Shown: positions 1 through 12,800 of the stretch, piece by piece
How the letters are laid out: each line of letters opens with the position of its first letter
How positions within the stretch are numbered: the stretch's first letter is position 1
Virus record (IMG/VR): IMGVR_UViG_3300026292_000006
Coordinates: 15,968-79,967 of that record
DNA: 64,000 nt
Source of the DNA: a virus
Strand: one strand, 5' to 3'
The notes under the pieces: model-generated
What the model was told of the DNA's origin: nothing
The model's input: the letters and a program-made list of their open reading frames with translations, nothing else
Database searches by the model: none
Program-made: the position numbers and the translations under genes

Positions 1-831
1 GTCATATGCATAGGGTCCATAGATGGGAAATCCATCAAATGCTATCCCTACTATCTTAGAATGACCGTCTGGGTGACGAATATTGTTACCATTAAACTGA
101 GTTGACCCATAATAATCGTTATATGCTGCCATACTAGAGTTAGATTTCCAGCATGATAAGAAATCTGAGTCATGATAATGATACATTCCTTGCTCTTGTG
201 TCTTACCACCGCAAGTATCTTCACCAAAATTGATAAAACTCTGAGCAGATATACCAGCAGATACCCAATTGAATCCAGCTGGAGGGTTACCGTTAGGACC
301 AGCAGATGGATTGAATATAGGTACACCATTACCAGATATACCAATAGCACCTAATGGTGTAGCATCACGACCATTTCTCTGATCATGATATGTGTATGTA
401 CCATTAGCACCAGTGTTGGTGTCTGCCATTATAATATCAATTCTACTATCAGTTGCTAACCAAAATTCTCCGTCAATAGAAGTAAATGTAGTCCCTCTAA
501 AAATATACTTTCTTTTTATATCTCCAAAATTAAAACAAACTTCATCACCAGGTTGGATGTTAGGTTGCACACCAGTGAAATTGTTAAGATCTGTGACACT
601 GATATTAATGCTTCTAATAAACCCATCTTGAGTCCAAGTGTTGTCATCGAAGACCCTAGAGGTACCAAATGTACCACCACGATATAAGAAGCTATGATCC
701 CAATCATGTGTAACAATGGTATTTGCATTATTATCATTAGGGAACGTACCGCTATTCACGGGAGACGGAAGACAATCCGAGCTCACCGAGAGTTGTTGGG
801 TACCTTGATTAATTGTTGCGGTAGCAGCCAT
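1..831 (-). CDS. YHYH-domain virion-associated protein (partial, 3' end beyond the window; not in the ORF track)
   Basis: Open frame from ATG at 831 to the edge: MAATATINQGTQQL...LGAIGISGNGVPIFNP...GMYHYHDSDF...HSKIVGIAFDGFPIYGPYAYD. These are the YHYH-family motifs. Late promoter TAAATA lies just upstream. Confidence 0.85.
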   Translation of the reverse strand, partial: MAATATINQGTQQLSVSSDCLPSPVNSGTFPNDNNANTIVTHDWDHSFLYRGGTFGTSRVFDDNTWTQDGFIRSINISVTDLNNFTGVQPNIQPGDEVCFNFGDIKRKYIFRGTTFTSIDGEFWLATDSRIDIIMADTNTGANGTYTYHDQRNGRDATPLGAIGISGNGVPIFNPSAGPNGNPPAGFNWVSAGISAQSFINFGEDTCGGKTQEQGMYHYHDSDFLSCWKSNSSMAAYNDYYGSTQFNGNNIRHPDGHSKIVGIAFDGFPIYGPYAYD

Positions 832-836
832 AGTCT

Positions 837-842
837 TATTTA
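837..842 (-). promoter_or_regulatory. T4-like late promoter (CTAAATA)
   Basis: TAAATA 5 nt upstream of the ATG at 831, overlapping the stop codon of the giant gene. Confidence 0.6.
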
Positions 843-3800
843 GATGTCATCAAAGATTTGTGTTGGACTGAAGTTGGAGATTACAGTTGCACCAGTCTGG
901 ACTGTTAGGACAGCAGATAGTGAGTAAACTGGGGTTGCACCAGATGCTGTGATAGCGACTCTGTATTCATCACCATCATCATTTTGTGCGGTATTACCTG
1001 TGTTATAAGTTGCTTGGTTAGCACCAATAATGTTGCTCCATGTTTGTGTGCCATACTCTTTCTTCTGCCACTGATAATTCATTGTCTCATCGTTAGTTAC
1101 AGTAGAAACAACTGTGAATCCAGCAGTCTGACCTTGGTTAACAGTTACGTTAACTGGGTCTGTAGCGATTGCGATTGTGCCAGGAGTAACTCCACCACCC
1201 TCTTGTCCTTCTGGACCTTCGCCAGCGAGAACGTCAAATCCACCGTTGATAGGACTACCAATAGGAGGTGTCCAATCGTCTGGGACTTCGTTATCAATTG
1301 CAACAACAGGAGACTGGTAACCAGTACCAGCAGTCTTAACATCAACACGAGATACACCCATAAGTGCCTTCAAGCGAGCATCAAATCCAGAGGAGGAGAT
1401 AACGTCAACGTTAGGACGTGAGGTGTAACCATCACCAGGATTGGTTAGTACTGCGTTAGTAAGTTGACCAGATGTTATGTTAGCAAGAGCAGCAGCATTT
1501 CTACCCTTAACAGATCCAGTGTATTCAAATGTGATTAAGGAGTTAGAAGACTCAATTAGAGCAACTTCTCTGGAGAATTCTTCACCCTCTATATCGAGGT
1601 TATCACCAGCTTCGATTGGTGGGACAACAGTTGCTGCGATAACGTCTGCGTCACTACCAATGTATGAGAAACCAACGAATGTTGCACCGAATCTTGGGAC
1701 TTCAGCGAAGATGATACGTGAACCAACAATCTCGTATGCGATACCTGGTTCCTGAATAATACCGTTGAGTGAAACGATAATATTATTCTCAGGACGGATG
1801 ACGTTAGAGGAAACACCCTCAGTCAATGTCAAGGAGTAGAATAGACCTTGACGCTTGAGGTTGAAGGAAGATCTCAATGAGTCAAACTCGAAGGAGATGT
1901 CATCTAACTGACGTAGTTTACCAACATAGTAACCGATGTATTGTGAACCAATTACAGGTGGCTCAGTAAACTGAATCTTATCAGAGAATGCAACGTATGC
2001 ATTAGTTGCACCTGGAGGTTGTAGAATACCATTAACAAATGCGAGTAAGTGACCAGCAGGGTCTGGGAAGTATGCTTCACCATTAGCAACAGTAAGGTCA
2101 AATGTAGTTTGGACTCCATCGAATCCTCTGAAGTACCTATTAACACGACCTTCAAGTGTGCGAGCAGATGAAACGGCACCACCCCATCCATCATCAGAGA
2201 TGATACTCATATTATCTACGAATTCACCAACTGCATCTTCTACCCAAATAGTAGCAGTAATACCTTGTTGCTCGATAGCAACAACCTTAGCGTAAGATGA
2301 GAAATCAGTAGTTGTGTAACTAGAAACACCAGCATAGATTGATGGGAAGTTAGACCCAACAACCAACTTACCAATGTTATTATTGGGGTCAGTTATCTCA
2401 GAGATAGGAGCACCAATTCCAACTGGAACTAGATTACCAATCCAAAGTTTGTGAATACCATTATCAGGGTCATTAGTATACTTGGTTACAGTTGCATGGA
2501 ATCCTGGATTCTTCTCTGTTGTACCTTGTAGGAGGATAACCTCATCACCAACGTTGAATGTGTCATTAACACCAGTATCAATAATAGCAGTGCCAAGGTT
2601 TAATTCGTAAACTGCACGACCGTGGACAAACTGGTTAAGTTGAATCTGTGTTCCACTGATACCCTTAACATCTAAGATGTAAGAAGTAACACTACCGTAA
2701 ATAACGTCTCCAGGAACCCATGGATCCTTAATTGTTTCAACGTCAATTGTGATACGACCACCAGTGTTACCAGTTAGACTACCAGACTTATTAGCAAATT
2801 CAGAGATATAACCCTCAACAGAAGAATCTCTATCGAAGAACCAGTCACCCTGATTAAAGCTTCCCATCTTAAGATTTGTGAAGAAGCGATCTGATGAACT
2901 GTCAACAGTAGCAGTAGTGCCACTTGTAGTACCTTCAAGGACATCATTCTGGTTAATTGCTCCTGAGATTGTATGAATCTTCAAGAAGGATGTGCCTGTC
3001 TCACTAACTGCACCTGCTTGTAATACAAATCCTTTATTGGTTACTGCACCCTGAACCACAACCTCTTCACCGTTAGTGAATGTCTGATAAACAGAGTTAT
3101 TTTGTGACTGATTAGAAGTTACAAAGTGAGTAAAGATTTGTCTGATGTTTGCTGCATTCATTGTGATAGCAGATATCTCAGCAGAAGCATCAGATGTGCC
3201 TCCGAAGATAACATCAGCAGGGTTGAATCCACCTTGAATTGGAGTTACAGATGGGTCTGATGGATATGTAGGAGCAGTTCTATTAATACCACTACGTCTT
3301 TCAACAGCAAATATTTGAGCACCTGAGTTAGAAGTATCTAACTGGAAGGTTCTGAAACGTCCATCATGAATTGGTGATACACCAATCTCAAACCACTCAG
3401 CAGTAGCAGTCAAGCAATAGAAGTATGGTTGAGTTGCTAATCCTTGTAAGGATGTCTGAGATGCAGGGATGTAACTTAGTATGTCACCACGTCTAAAGTT
3501 GTTAGCACGATTGATACGGACTCTATATTCTGCTCTTTCAAATCCAACTTCAACTTCTGGAGTTAGTAGGACAAGTGCAGGGTCTGTATTCCAATCCTTA
3601 CCTACTTCATACTTGTTGCTTAGGTTAACAACGTCAGTAGATGAGATGAATTGGATTCTTGCTTCAGTAGCAAATGTAGATCTTTCAAGAGCAAATTCAA
3701 TTGGGTTGAGTGAAGAGTCAACCATAAATTCAACAGCTTCCTGATTCCACTCGAATCTATCGGTTGGAATGTATACATCATAGTTTGCCCATACAGCATC

Positions 3801-6800
3801 AGATGTATGGAGATACATTACAGACTTGATATACTCACGAATGCGAGTTAAGCAATACAAGATGTGAGATCTAGTTGTTGTTGGGAATGCAATAAATGTG
3901 CCTTCTCCATCAAACCATCCTTGAGATAGTTTAAATGCACCAGCATTACCACCAGTTACCAAGTCATATCTAACTGCCTTAAGGACATCGAGTGCGAAGT
4001 CAATAGTTAAGTTAGTAGTTGGATACTGTTGTTGTGTCTCAGTGAATGCTCTCTGTGATATAGATTGAGTGTTAAAGAGTAAGACATTAGCAACACGCTT
4101 CTGGTTAACCATTCCAGCACCAAGAGTATGAGTCATGATGTCGAATAAAGTCTCAGTTGCAGATGTGCAATCGTAACAAGTACCTGCTTGATATACTGTA
4201 TTTCCGTTGTATGGGAATGTCTTAGTTACACTAGCAGTTAAGTAGTTAACATTATTCTCTGCTGCCTCTCTAATAGTATTGATAAAGATATCAGTTAGGG
4301 TGCTAAGAGCAGATGCAGATTCTGGGCAAGTTTGATTCCAGTTACCAACTTGTCCTGATCCACCATTATTAGCATCCCAAGTAACAGACAAGTCTCTAAC
4401 AACAACATCAGGTGTATACTTGATAGGCCAACAGATTGGCATCTGATATGCACGTCCATTAACTATACCAGGATTCTGAATACCATCAGTAACAAACTGA
4501 ATTAGAGAAGTAATTTCACTTTCAACATTAGATGATTCTGTACCTGTATAGTTGTAATCAACAAGTCTTCCTCTCCAGTATTCTAGTTTTGTGCTAACTG
4601 GGTAAGCCCATGAGTTAACAGCAGTAATAGGTAAGACTCTATCATCTGCATAGTCAGTTGCACGTGGATAATAATGATTAGTTGCATTCTGGTCACTTGT
4701 GCAAGTGAATACAATTGACCTAGGAGCAAGAGTAATATTGTCATTCTGAGTCAATGTATGACCAACAACAGTAAGTGTTAGGTCACCTGTTACAGGATTA
4801 TAGTAACCATCTGTAGGTGTTAGTTGTACTCCACTATCAACAACAGTGATAGCATTTGAAGCACCAGATACCCATGTGTGTCTGTAGTCACCACCCTTGA
4901 TAACAGCACCGTTGATAGCAGATACAAATGTATGTGCATAACGGTTACCAACTCCACCAATACCAACGTTAATTGTAATAGTACCAGTCTGTTTCTTAAC
5001 TCCACCAGTCTTAGCAGCCACGAAGGTATGGTCAGACTTATCAGGAGATTTACCCATGAATAAGTCGAATGTAGTTGCAGTGCAATTGCTGACTGCTAAC
5101 CATTCATCGCTACCAGGATCAGTTGCTCTTGGATATGCATGGATAGACTCATTGTCATCTCTATCACATGTCATATGAATTGCACCATCTTCCAACCAGA
5201 CATAAGTATTTGCTTTCTCAATACCATTTGAAGTAGCAGATACAAACTTATGGTCGTAGTTACCACCACCAATCAATACTCCAGGTATTGCACTGACAAA
5301 TGTATGTGCATACTGATTATTTGCAGCAGCAACACCAACGTCTAATGTAATCCAACCATTCTGTCTGTGGACACATCCTGCAACAGCAGAATCAAATGTA
5401 TGAGTAAAGTCACCACCAACCTTAACAGCACCAGAGGTTGCAGATACAAATCTATGCTCTCCGAGGTAAGTAGCAGCACCAACATCGATAGTAATTTCAG
5501 AATCCTTCCAATGAATACCATCAGTAACAGCACTTACAAAGGTGTGTGTATATTGACCACCACCTGATACAGCACCAACTGATGTACCACCAGCCCAGTT
5601 GTGGACTGAAGTATTAGAAGACTTACCAATGTTAATGGTAATAGTATGACCAGTTACAGAATGAATAGGAAGTGCAGTGTCATAATATGGATCCTTCTTA
5701 TGAGTAATTCCGTTAGCAGATGCAGTTTGGAATGTGTGAGCAGTTACGTTAGTTGAAGGAATAGTATCCAATACAACTACGTCAAATGTATTAGTAGTTA
5801 CGTCACGAATCTGAATCCACTTACCGCTAATTGGGTCACTGCTACGTGGATAAGTATGGTCACTACCATTACTATCCTGCATACATCTGAATGTCAGTGA
5901 ATTATCAGCAATCTTAATCCAATCATTTTCATTGTATCCATGACTTGCAACAGTCAGTCTCAAACGACCTGTATTTGGATTGTAATCAGCAGCAGTAACT
6001 GTAGACTGAGTAACTCCAGCAGCACGAGGATATGTATGAGTAGTAGAGAAGTTGTCCTGAGCACACTTGAATGATAATCCATCATCAACAAGTTTGACGG
6101 AAGATGTTGCTCTATGAAGACCATTAGCAACTGCACTTGAGAATACATGAGTATGCTGACCACCACTGATTACACAGTTTTGTGCAGATGCAGTGAGGAC
6201 AAAGTTATGTGCAGTAGTATCTGTAATAGCACCCTGTCCACCGTTAACGTTGAGTGTTATGGTTGTGCCAGTTACAGCAGTGATTGTTATTGCAGTGTCA
6301 TAAACATAGTCACTACCACCAGTACCAGTTGCAGCTGATCCAGCAGCACGAGGATATGTCTTCTGAGTTGTGTTACCGTCACCATTGTAATCACAAGTGA
6401 ATACTAAGGAATCTGCGACGAGTTTAACACTCTCATTAACCTGTAGATGATGGTCACCGATTGTCAAGACCAAATCACCACTTGTAGGACTGTAAGTAGC
6501 GTTAGTTACACTGAATGTTTCTTGAGGAGTGTTACCAACATATACATCAAATGTATTGGTTGTTATATTCTCAACATCTACCCAAAGGTCTGCTAGTGGG
6601 TCACTAGGACGTGGGTATGTTTTGTTAGAAATATTACCATCCATTCCACAGTTGAAGCTGATGCTATCAGGTGTGAAATGTACTCTGTCACCAATTACAA
6701 AACCGTGGTCTGGGACTGTAACAGTCATCATACCAGTTACAGCATCATAAGTTGCACCTGTAATAGTATGTGCAGAAGCAGACCTGAATGGATGAGGACC

Positions 6801-9800
6801 TATATCCAGAGTCATTAGACCAGTGGTAGGCTCATAAGTTGCATCACTTACGTTGTAAGGTGCAAGAGGAGTTGCTCCAACATTTACATCAAAGTTATTA
6901 CCAGATACGTTGGAAATCTCAAGATACTTGTTAGATGCAGGGTCAGTGCTACGTGGATATGAGTGCTGAGTAGCATGTCCATCCATATCACAAGTGAAGA
7001 TAATGGAGTTATCTGCTAACTTAATCATATCCCCATTACTGAATGGGTTGTTAGCAACAGTCAGTGTTAATACACCAGTAGTTGCAACGAATGATGCAGC
7101 AGTTGCAGTATACTTAGCATCTCCAGTATTCTCAATTACGATTGAATGGTCATATGCTCTGTCACGCTTTTGCTTAATGCTACTACCTACAGCAGACTGG
7201 AAGGCATGTGTATAAGCACCACCAGACTTGAATGCTGCACGTTTGATAGCACCCTTATGAGCACGGATAAATGTATGAGCAGAAGTATTAGTAGAAGGAG
7301 TCTTATCGAGAACCTTAACACGGAATGTGTCAGTAGTTACGTTATCGATAGTTAACCATGTGCCAGATGAATAATCTGTAGGACGTGGATATACATGCTC
7401 AGTAGCATGTGAATCCTTATTACATGTAAAGACTAAACTGTAATCCTCAAACTTAATTGCTTCACCGTTTGCCATACCATGATTCTCAACGGTAACAGTC
7501 ATAAATCCTGTTGTGCCATTGTAAGAAATAGCAGTAGGTGTTACACCAGCATGCTTAATGAATGTATGAGCAGTTGTGTTGGTAGAAGGAGCACTACTTA
7601 AGATATTGAAGGAGATGCTACCTTGCTCAACAGCAGTAACTGTTACTGGAGTATTATATGCAGGGTCAGAAGTCCTTGGATATGCATGTAAAGTCTGATG
7701 ATTATCTTGAGCACAAGTGAATACAAATCCTTCCTTAGCAATCCAAATCTTCTCACCAACCTCAACGTTATGAGGTCCTGTGATGACCTTCATCACACCT
7801 GTAGATGGGTTGTAATCAACATCTTGTGGGTCGTAACCTATGAATGGAGTCTTACCAACATTCACATCGAATGTATCAGTTGTTACATTCTTAAGTTTTA
7901 ACCACTTACCAGATACAGGGTCAGAGGAGCGAGGATATGTATGGTCAGATGTATTACCATCAAAGTCGCAACGGAAGGTTAATCCATTATCATCAATCTT
8001 GATTAATGATCCATCATCAAGACCATGACCTGCAACAGTAAGAGTTAGATAACCAGTATCTCCATTATAAGAAGCATTGGTTGCAGTATGAGTATCAATA
8101 GTTGTGCGAGGATATGTATGGTTGCTACCGAAGCTGTCCTGAGCACATGTAAATGTTAGAGAACCATCTGCTAACTTGATATTCTGACCAGACTTAAGGT
8201 TATGAGCACCAATGTTAAGCTTTAACTTACCAGTATTAGGATCGTAATCTGCATCATTAACATTCTTAGTAGTATTAGCAGTTGTGCCAACGTTAATTCT
8301 AATAGTGTTAGCATCAACAACACTCAATTCTCTCCACTGTCTGCTAACTGGGTCAGATCCACGTGGATATGCTTTAGCAGATGAGTTACCATCCATTGTG
8401 CAAGTGAAGAGGATTGAATCATCCTCAATCATTATCTTGTCACCAGCAGAGAAACTATGACCAGTAATTGTTAGGTCAAGGTTACCGTTAGATGGTGTAT
8501 AAGATGCACCTGTTGGAGTATGGTGTGTTACACCATTGCTGATAATCTTAAGAGACTCCTTATATGCAGGGTCAGTTACACGAGGATAAGTATGCTCAGT
8601 AGCATTACCATCCATTGAGCATGTAAATGTTAATCCATCAGTAGCAAGTGAAACAGTATCATTTGCCTTCATAAAGGTTGCAAGAAGGACACTGTTTGTA
8701 GCAGCAGACTTAAATGTATGAGCAGTTGTGTTAGTAGATGGAGTGTTATTTAATACTTTAACATCAAATGTATCGTTAGTTCTAGCTAAGACTTTCAACC
8801 ATCTATCGTTAGCTGGGTCAGTCTTTCTAGGATAAGAGTGATAAGAAGCACCACTATCTTGCTGACATGTGAATGTGACAGCACCCTCATGAAGTTTGAC
8901 ATAGTTACCAATATGAATTCCATGATCTGCAGAAGTGATAGTCATCACACCTGTTGATGGATTATATGCAGCATCAGTAGGAGTGAGGTGAGTAGCAGAT
9001 ACAAACTTATGGTTATAATCACCACCTGTGTGGATTGCACCAGAGTTAGCACTTACAAATGCATGAGCATAGTTACCACCAGCAATCACTGGAGTTAATC
9101 CAGCAGTACCAACGAAGATATGTTGTGTCTGGTTAGAAGACTTACCAACGTTAACACGAATCTTACCAGTCTGATGGTGAATACCATTAGCATCAGCAGA
9201 TACAAATGTATGATTGTATACATCATTAACACCAGATATACCAACGTTAACATCTATAGTAGTTGCCTGAGCATTAGAAACTGTTAACCACTGGTCAAAT
9301 GTTGGGTCAGTGACACGTGGATATGTGTGGTTAGTAGCGTTGTTATCCTTATCACATTTCAGTGTAATAGAATGAGGAGCAATCTTAATTCTGTCTCCAT
9401 TAGACACACCATGAGATGCACCAAGAGTAATGGTCATTACACCTGTAGTTGGGATGTAATTTACATTAGTTGCTGTCTTTCTCTCACGAGTTACATCTTC
9501 AACCTTGATTGAATTCTGATAATATGGGTCAGCACCAGCAGTGATTGCTAAATCACCAGAGTAGTTAGAACCAGATGCTCTAGGATATGTGTGGTTACTA
9601 CCATGTCCATCCTGAGCACAAGTAAAGATTAGAGAATCATCGTCAATTCTGATTGAATCACCATCTCTCCATACAGCGTATGTGTGGACAGAAGATGCAG
9701 CAGCAGACTGGAATACGTGAGTTGTTACGTTAGTAGAAGGTACGTCAAATAAGACTTTAACATCAAATGTATTCGTTGTTACATTCTCAATAGGAATCCA

Positions 9801-12800
9801 CTGACCAGATACAGGGTCAGTATTACGTGGATATGGATGATCTGATGATTGACCATCTTGGTCGCAACGGAAGGTTACTGCATTATCATCAAGTTTAACT
9901 CTATCACCTTCAAGTAAACCATGACCATTAATAGTCAGAGTCATGATACCTGTTGTTGGGTTGTAACCAGCGTTAGTTGGAGTTAGAGCATTTTCAGCAA
10001 CGAATGAATGGACGTGGTTTCCACCAGTCTGCACACATCCACTAGCAGCAGATACAAATGTATGCTCAGTTGTATTAGAAGAAATACCAACCATCAATGT
10101 AACTGTGCCATCAGGTCTCTCAACACCAGAAGACTTAGCAGATACAAATGTATGAGTAGAAGTGTCTTGAGACTTACCTACATGGACATCAAATGTATTT
10201 TGATTAACATTAGAAATAGGTAACCACTCATGATGAGATGGGTCAGACATTCTAGGATATGCATGGTTGGTAGCATTACCATCCTTAGCACATGTAAATG
10301 TAATGGACTCAGGATCCATCTTAATCTTATCATTTGCTTTCCAGATACCACCTTGAGAACCTGAGCTGAAGGTGTGGACTGTATCGTTAGTAATTGCATT
10401 ATGTCCGAAGAAACGTCCAGTTGTGATATCAAAGTAATCACCTGTTACGTTATGGACAGTTACCCACTTACCGCTAATTGGGTCAGTGCTACGTGGATAG
10501 GTATGAGTTGTAGAATTATCATCCTTCTCACATCTCCAAGTAACAGCACCATCTGTAAGCATGATTTTGTCTCCATCATGCAATCCATGACCTTGGACAA
10601 ACAGGGTCATGACACTGGTTGTTACATCATAACTTCCATCAGTAGCAGTCATAGTAGATGGAGCAGTAAACCCATGATTAGGTACTGTCAATGTCATTAT
10701 ACCCAACTGTGGGTTATAAGCTGCTGTAGTTACTGTATGGAGAGATGTGCCAACTGAATGGACTGGAGTAGGTTTGTTATAAACTGGGTCAGCACCACTA
10801 TTAAGAGTGTAGTTAGAACCAGATGCTCTAGGATATGTGTGGTTAGTAGCATGGTCATCCTGAGCACAAGTAAATGTTAGAGAGTTAGTTTGTACTTTAA
10901 CTGCATCACCACCCTTGATGATGTTTCCTCTATGAATACTATTAGCAACAGCACTCTGGAATACATGAGTAGTTGTGTTTGTGCAAGGGACATTCTCTAG
11001 GACTTGAATACTGAAGTTAGTATTAGTGCAATTAAATACCTGAATCCACTTACCTGAAACAGGGTCAGTAGAGCGAGGATATGCATGGTCACTTGCTTGA
11101 CCATCTTGGTCGCAACGGAATACTACTGCATTATCAGAAATCTTAATGTAGTCACCATCTGAGAGGTAGTGAGTACCAGAAGTGATAGTCATCACACCAG
11201 TTGCTGTATCAAATGTAGCACCTGTAGGTGTAATGCCAGTCTCAGGAATGAAGGTATGAGCAGACTGGTTAGTAGATGGGACAGAATTCAATACTTGGAC
11301 ATCAAATGTATCCTTAGTAACGTTAGTAACATCTAACCACTGAGTTGCAGCAGGGTCACCAACACGAGGGTAACGGTGCTCACTAAACCCACCGTCAAGG
11401 GTGCAATTGAAGTTGATAGAATTCTTAGCAATCATAACTCTATCACCATTGCTGAATCCGTGGTCAACAATAGTAAGAGTCATAATACCCGTAGTTGGGT
11501 TATATGCAGCACTTGTATTATGATGTGTCTCAGGACCTTTCAACCAGTTGTTGCCCAGAGTCATCTTCATCAAACCTGTAGTAGGTGTGAAGTCAACAGC
11601 AGAAGGAGTTAAATTAACGCTAGTTGACATACCAACGTTAACATTAAATGTATTTGTTGTAGATCCAGTTACAGGTAACCATTGTCCAGCAACAGGGTCT
11701 GTAAGTCTTGGATATGAGTGCTCAGTTGCATTACCATCCATGTCACATGTAAAGGTCAAGCTGTTAGGCTTAATCTTAACCATGTCACCATTACCAATAT
11801 TATGTCCATTAGATGTGATGGTCATAATACCAGTAAGAGGATTATACTGAGCATTACTTACTGGATATCTGCTACGTCCACGTAAATCATGATTACCAAT
11901 ATGTAATACTAAGTCACCTGATAGAGGATCGTAATCTGCATCTGTTGGTGTGAAATTAACCTGAGGTGTAGTACCAACATTAAGAGTAATACTATTAGAA
12001 GTTGTGCCAGTAATTGCAATAGGCTCATTATGTACTGGGTCAGTTATCCTAGGATATGGGTGAATGGACTTATAGTTGTCCATTGCACATGTGAAGTTAA
12101 GAGAGTAAGGTGTAATCTTAACGTGTGTACCAGTGCTTAATTGGTGAGCACCAATAGTAAGAGTCAACTCACCAGTTGCTGAATTATAAGAAGCACCTGA
12201 TGGTGTGAAATGTTTGATAGGAGACTCACCGATATTAACCTCGAATGAATCCTCAGTAGCATTCTCTACTGCCAACCACTTACCACTTGCAGGGTCAGTA
12301 GACCTTGGATATACGTGGTTAGTATAATGGTTATCCATGTCACATGTGAATGTCATGGAGTTATCCTGAATCAGGATCTGGTCACCATTACCGAATCCAT
12401 GCTTAGAAGCATGAATCTTAAGCATACCTGTTTTAGCGGTAAACTCAGCATCAGTTGCTACATGGTTAGTTGCCTCAACAAAGTTATGGTCACCAACATC
12501 AAGCATTAATTCTCCAGTTGCTTGGTCGTAGGTAGCATTAGAGACATCATATTCTCTCTTAGCAGTTTGACCAACTTGGACTTTAAAAGTATTGAGTGTT
12601 ACTTCTTCAATTGCTAACCACTGGTCGCCAGCTGGATCCTTCTCTCTAGGATATCCATGATTAGACCCATGATTGTCCTGAGAGCATGTGAATACTAAAG
12701 ATCCAGTATGAATCTTAACTTGGTCACCAGTACTGAATCCATGTCCAGGAATAGTTACTTCAAGAATACCACTGTCAGGGTCATAGTCAGCATCAGTTGC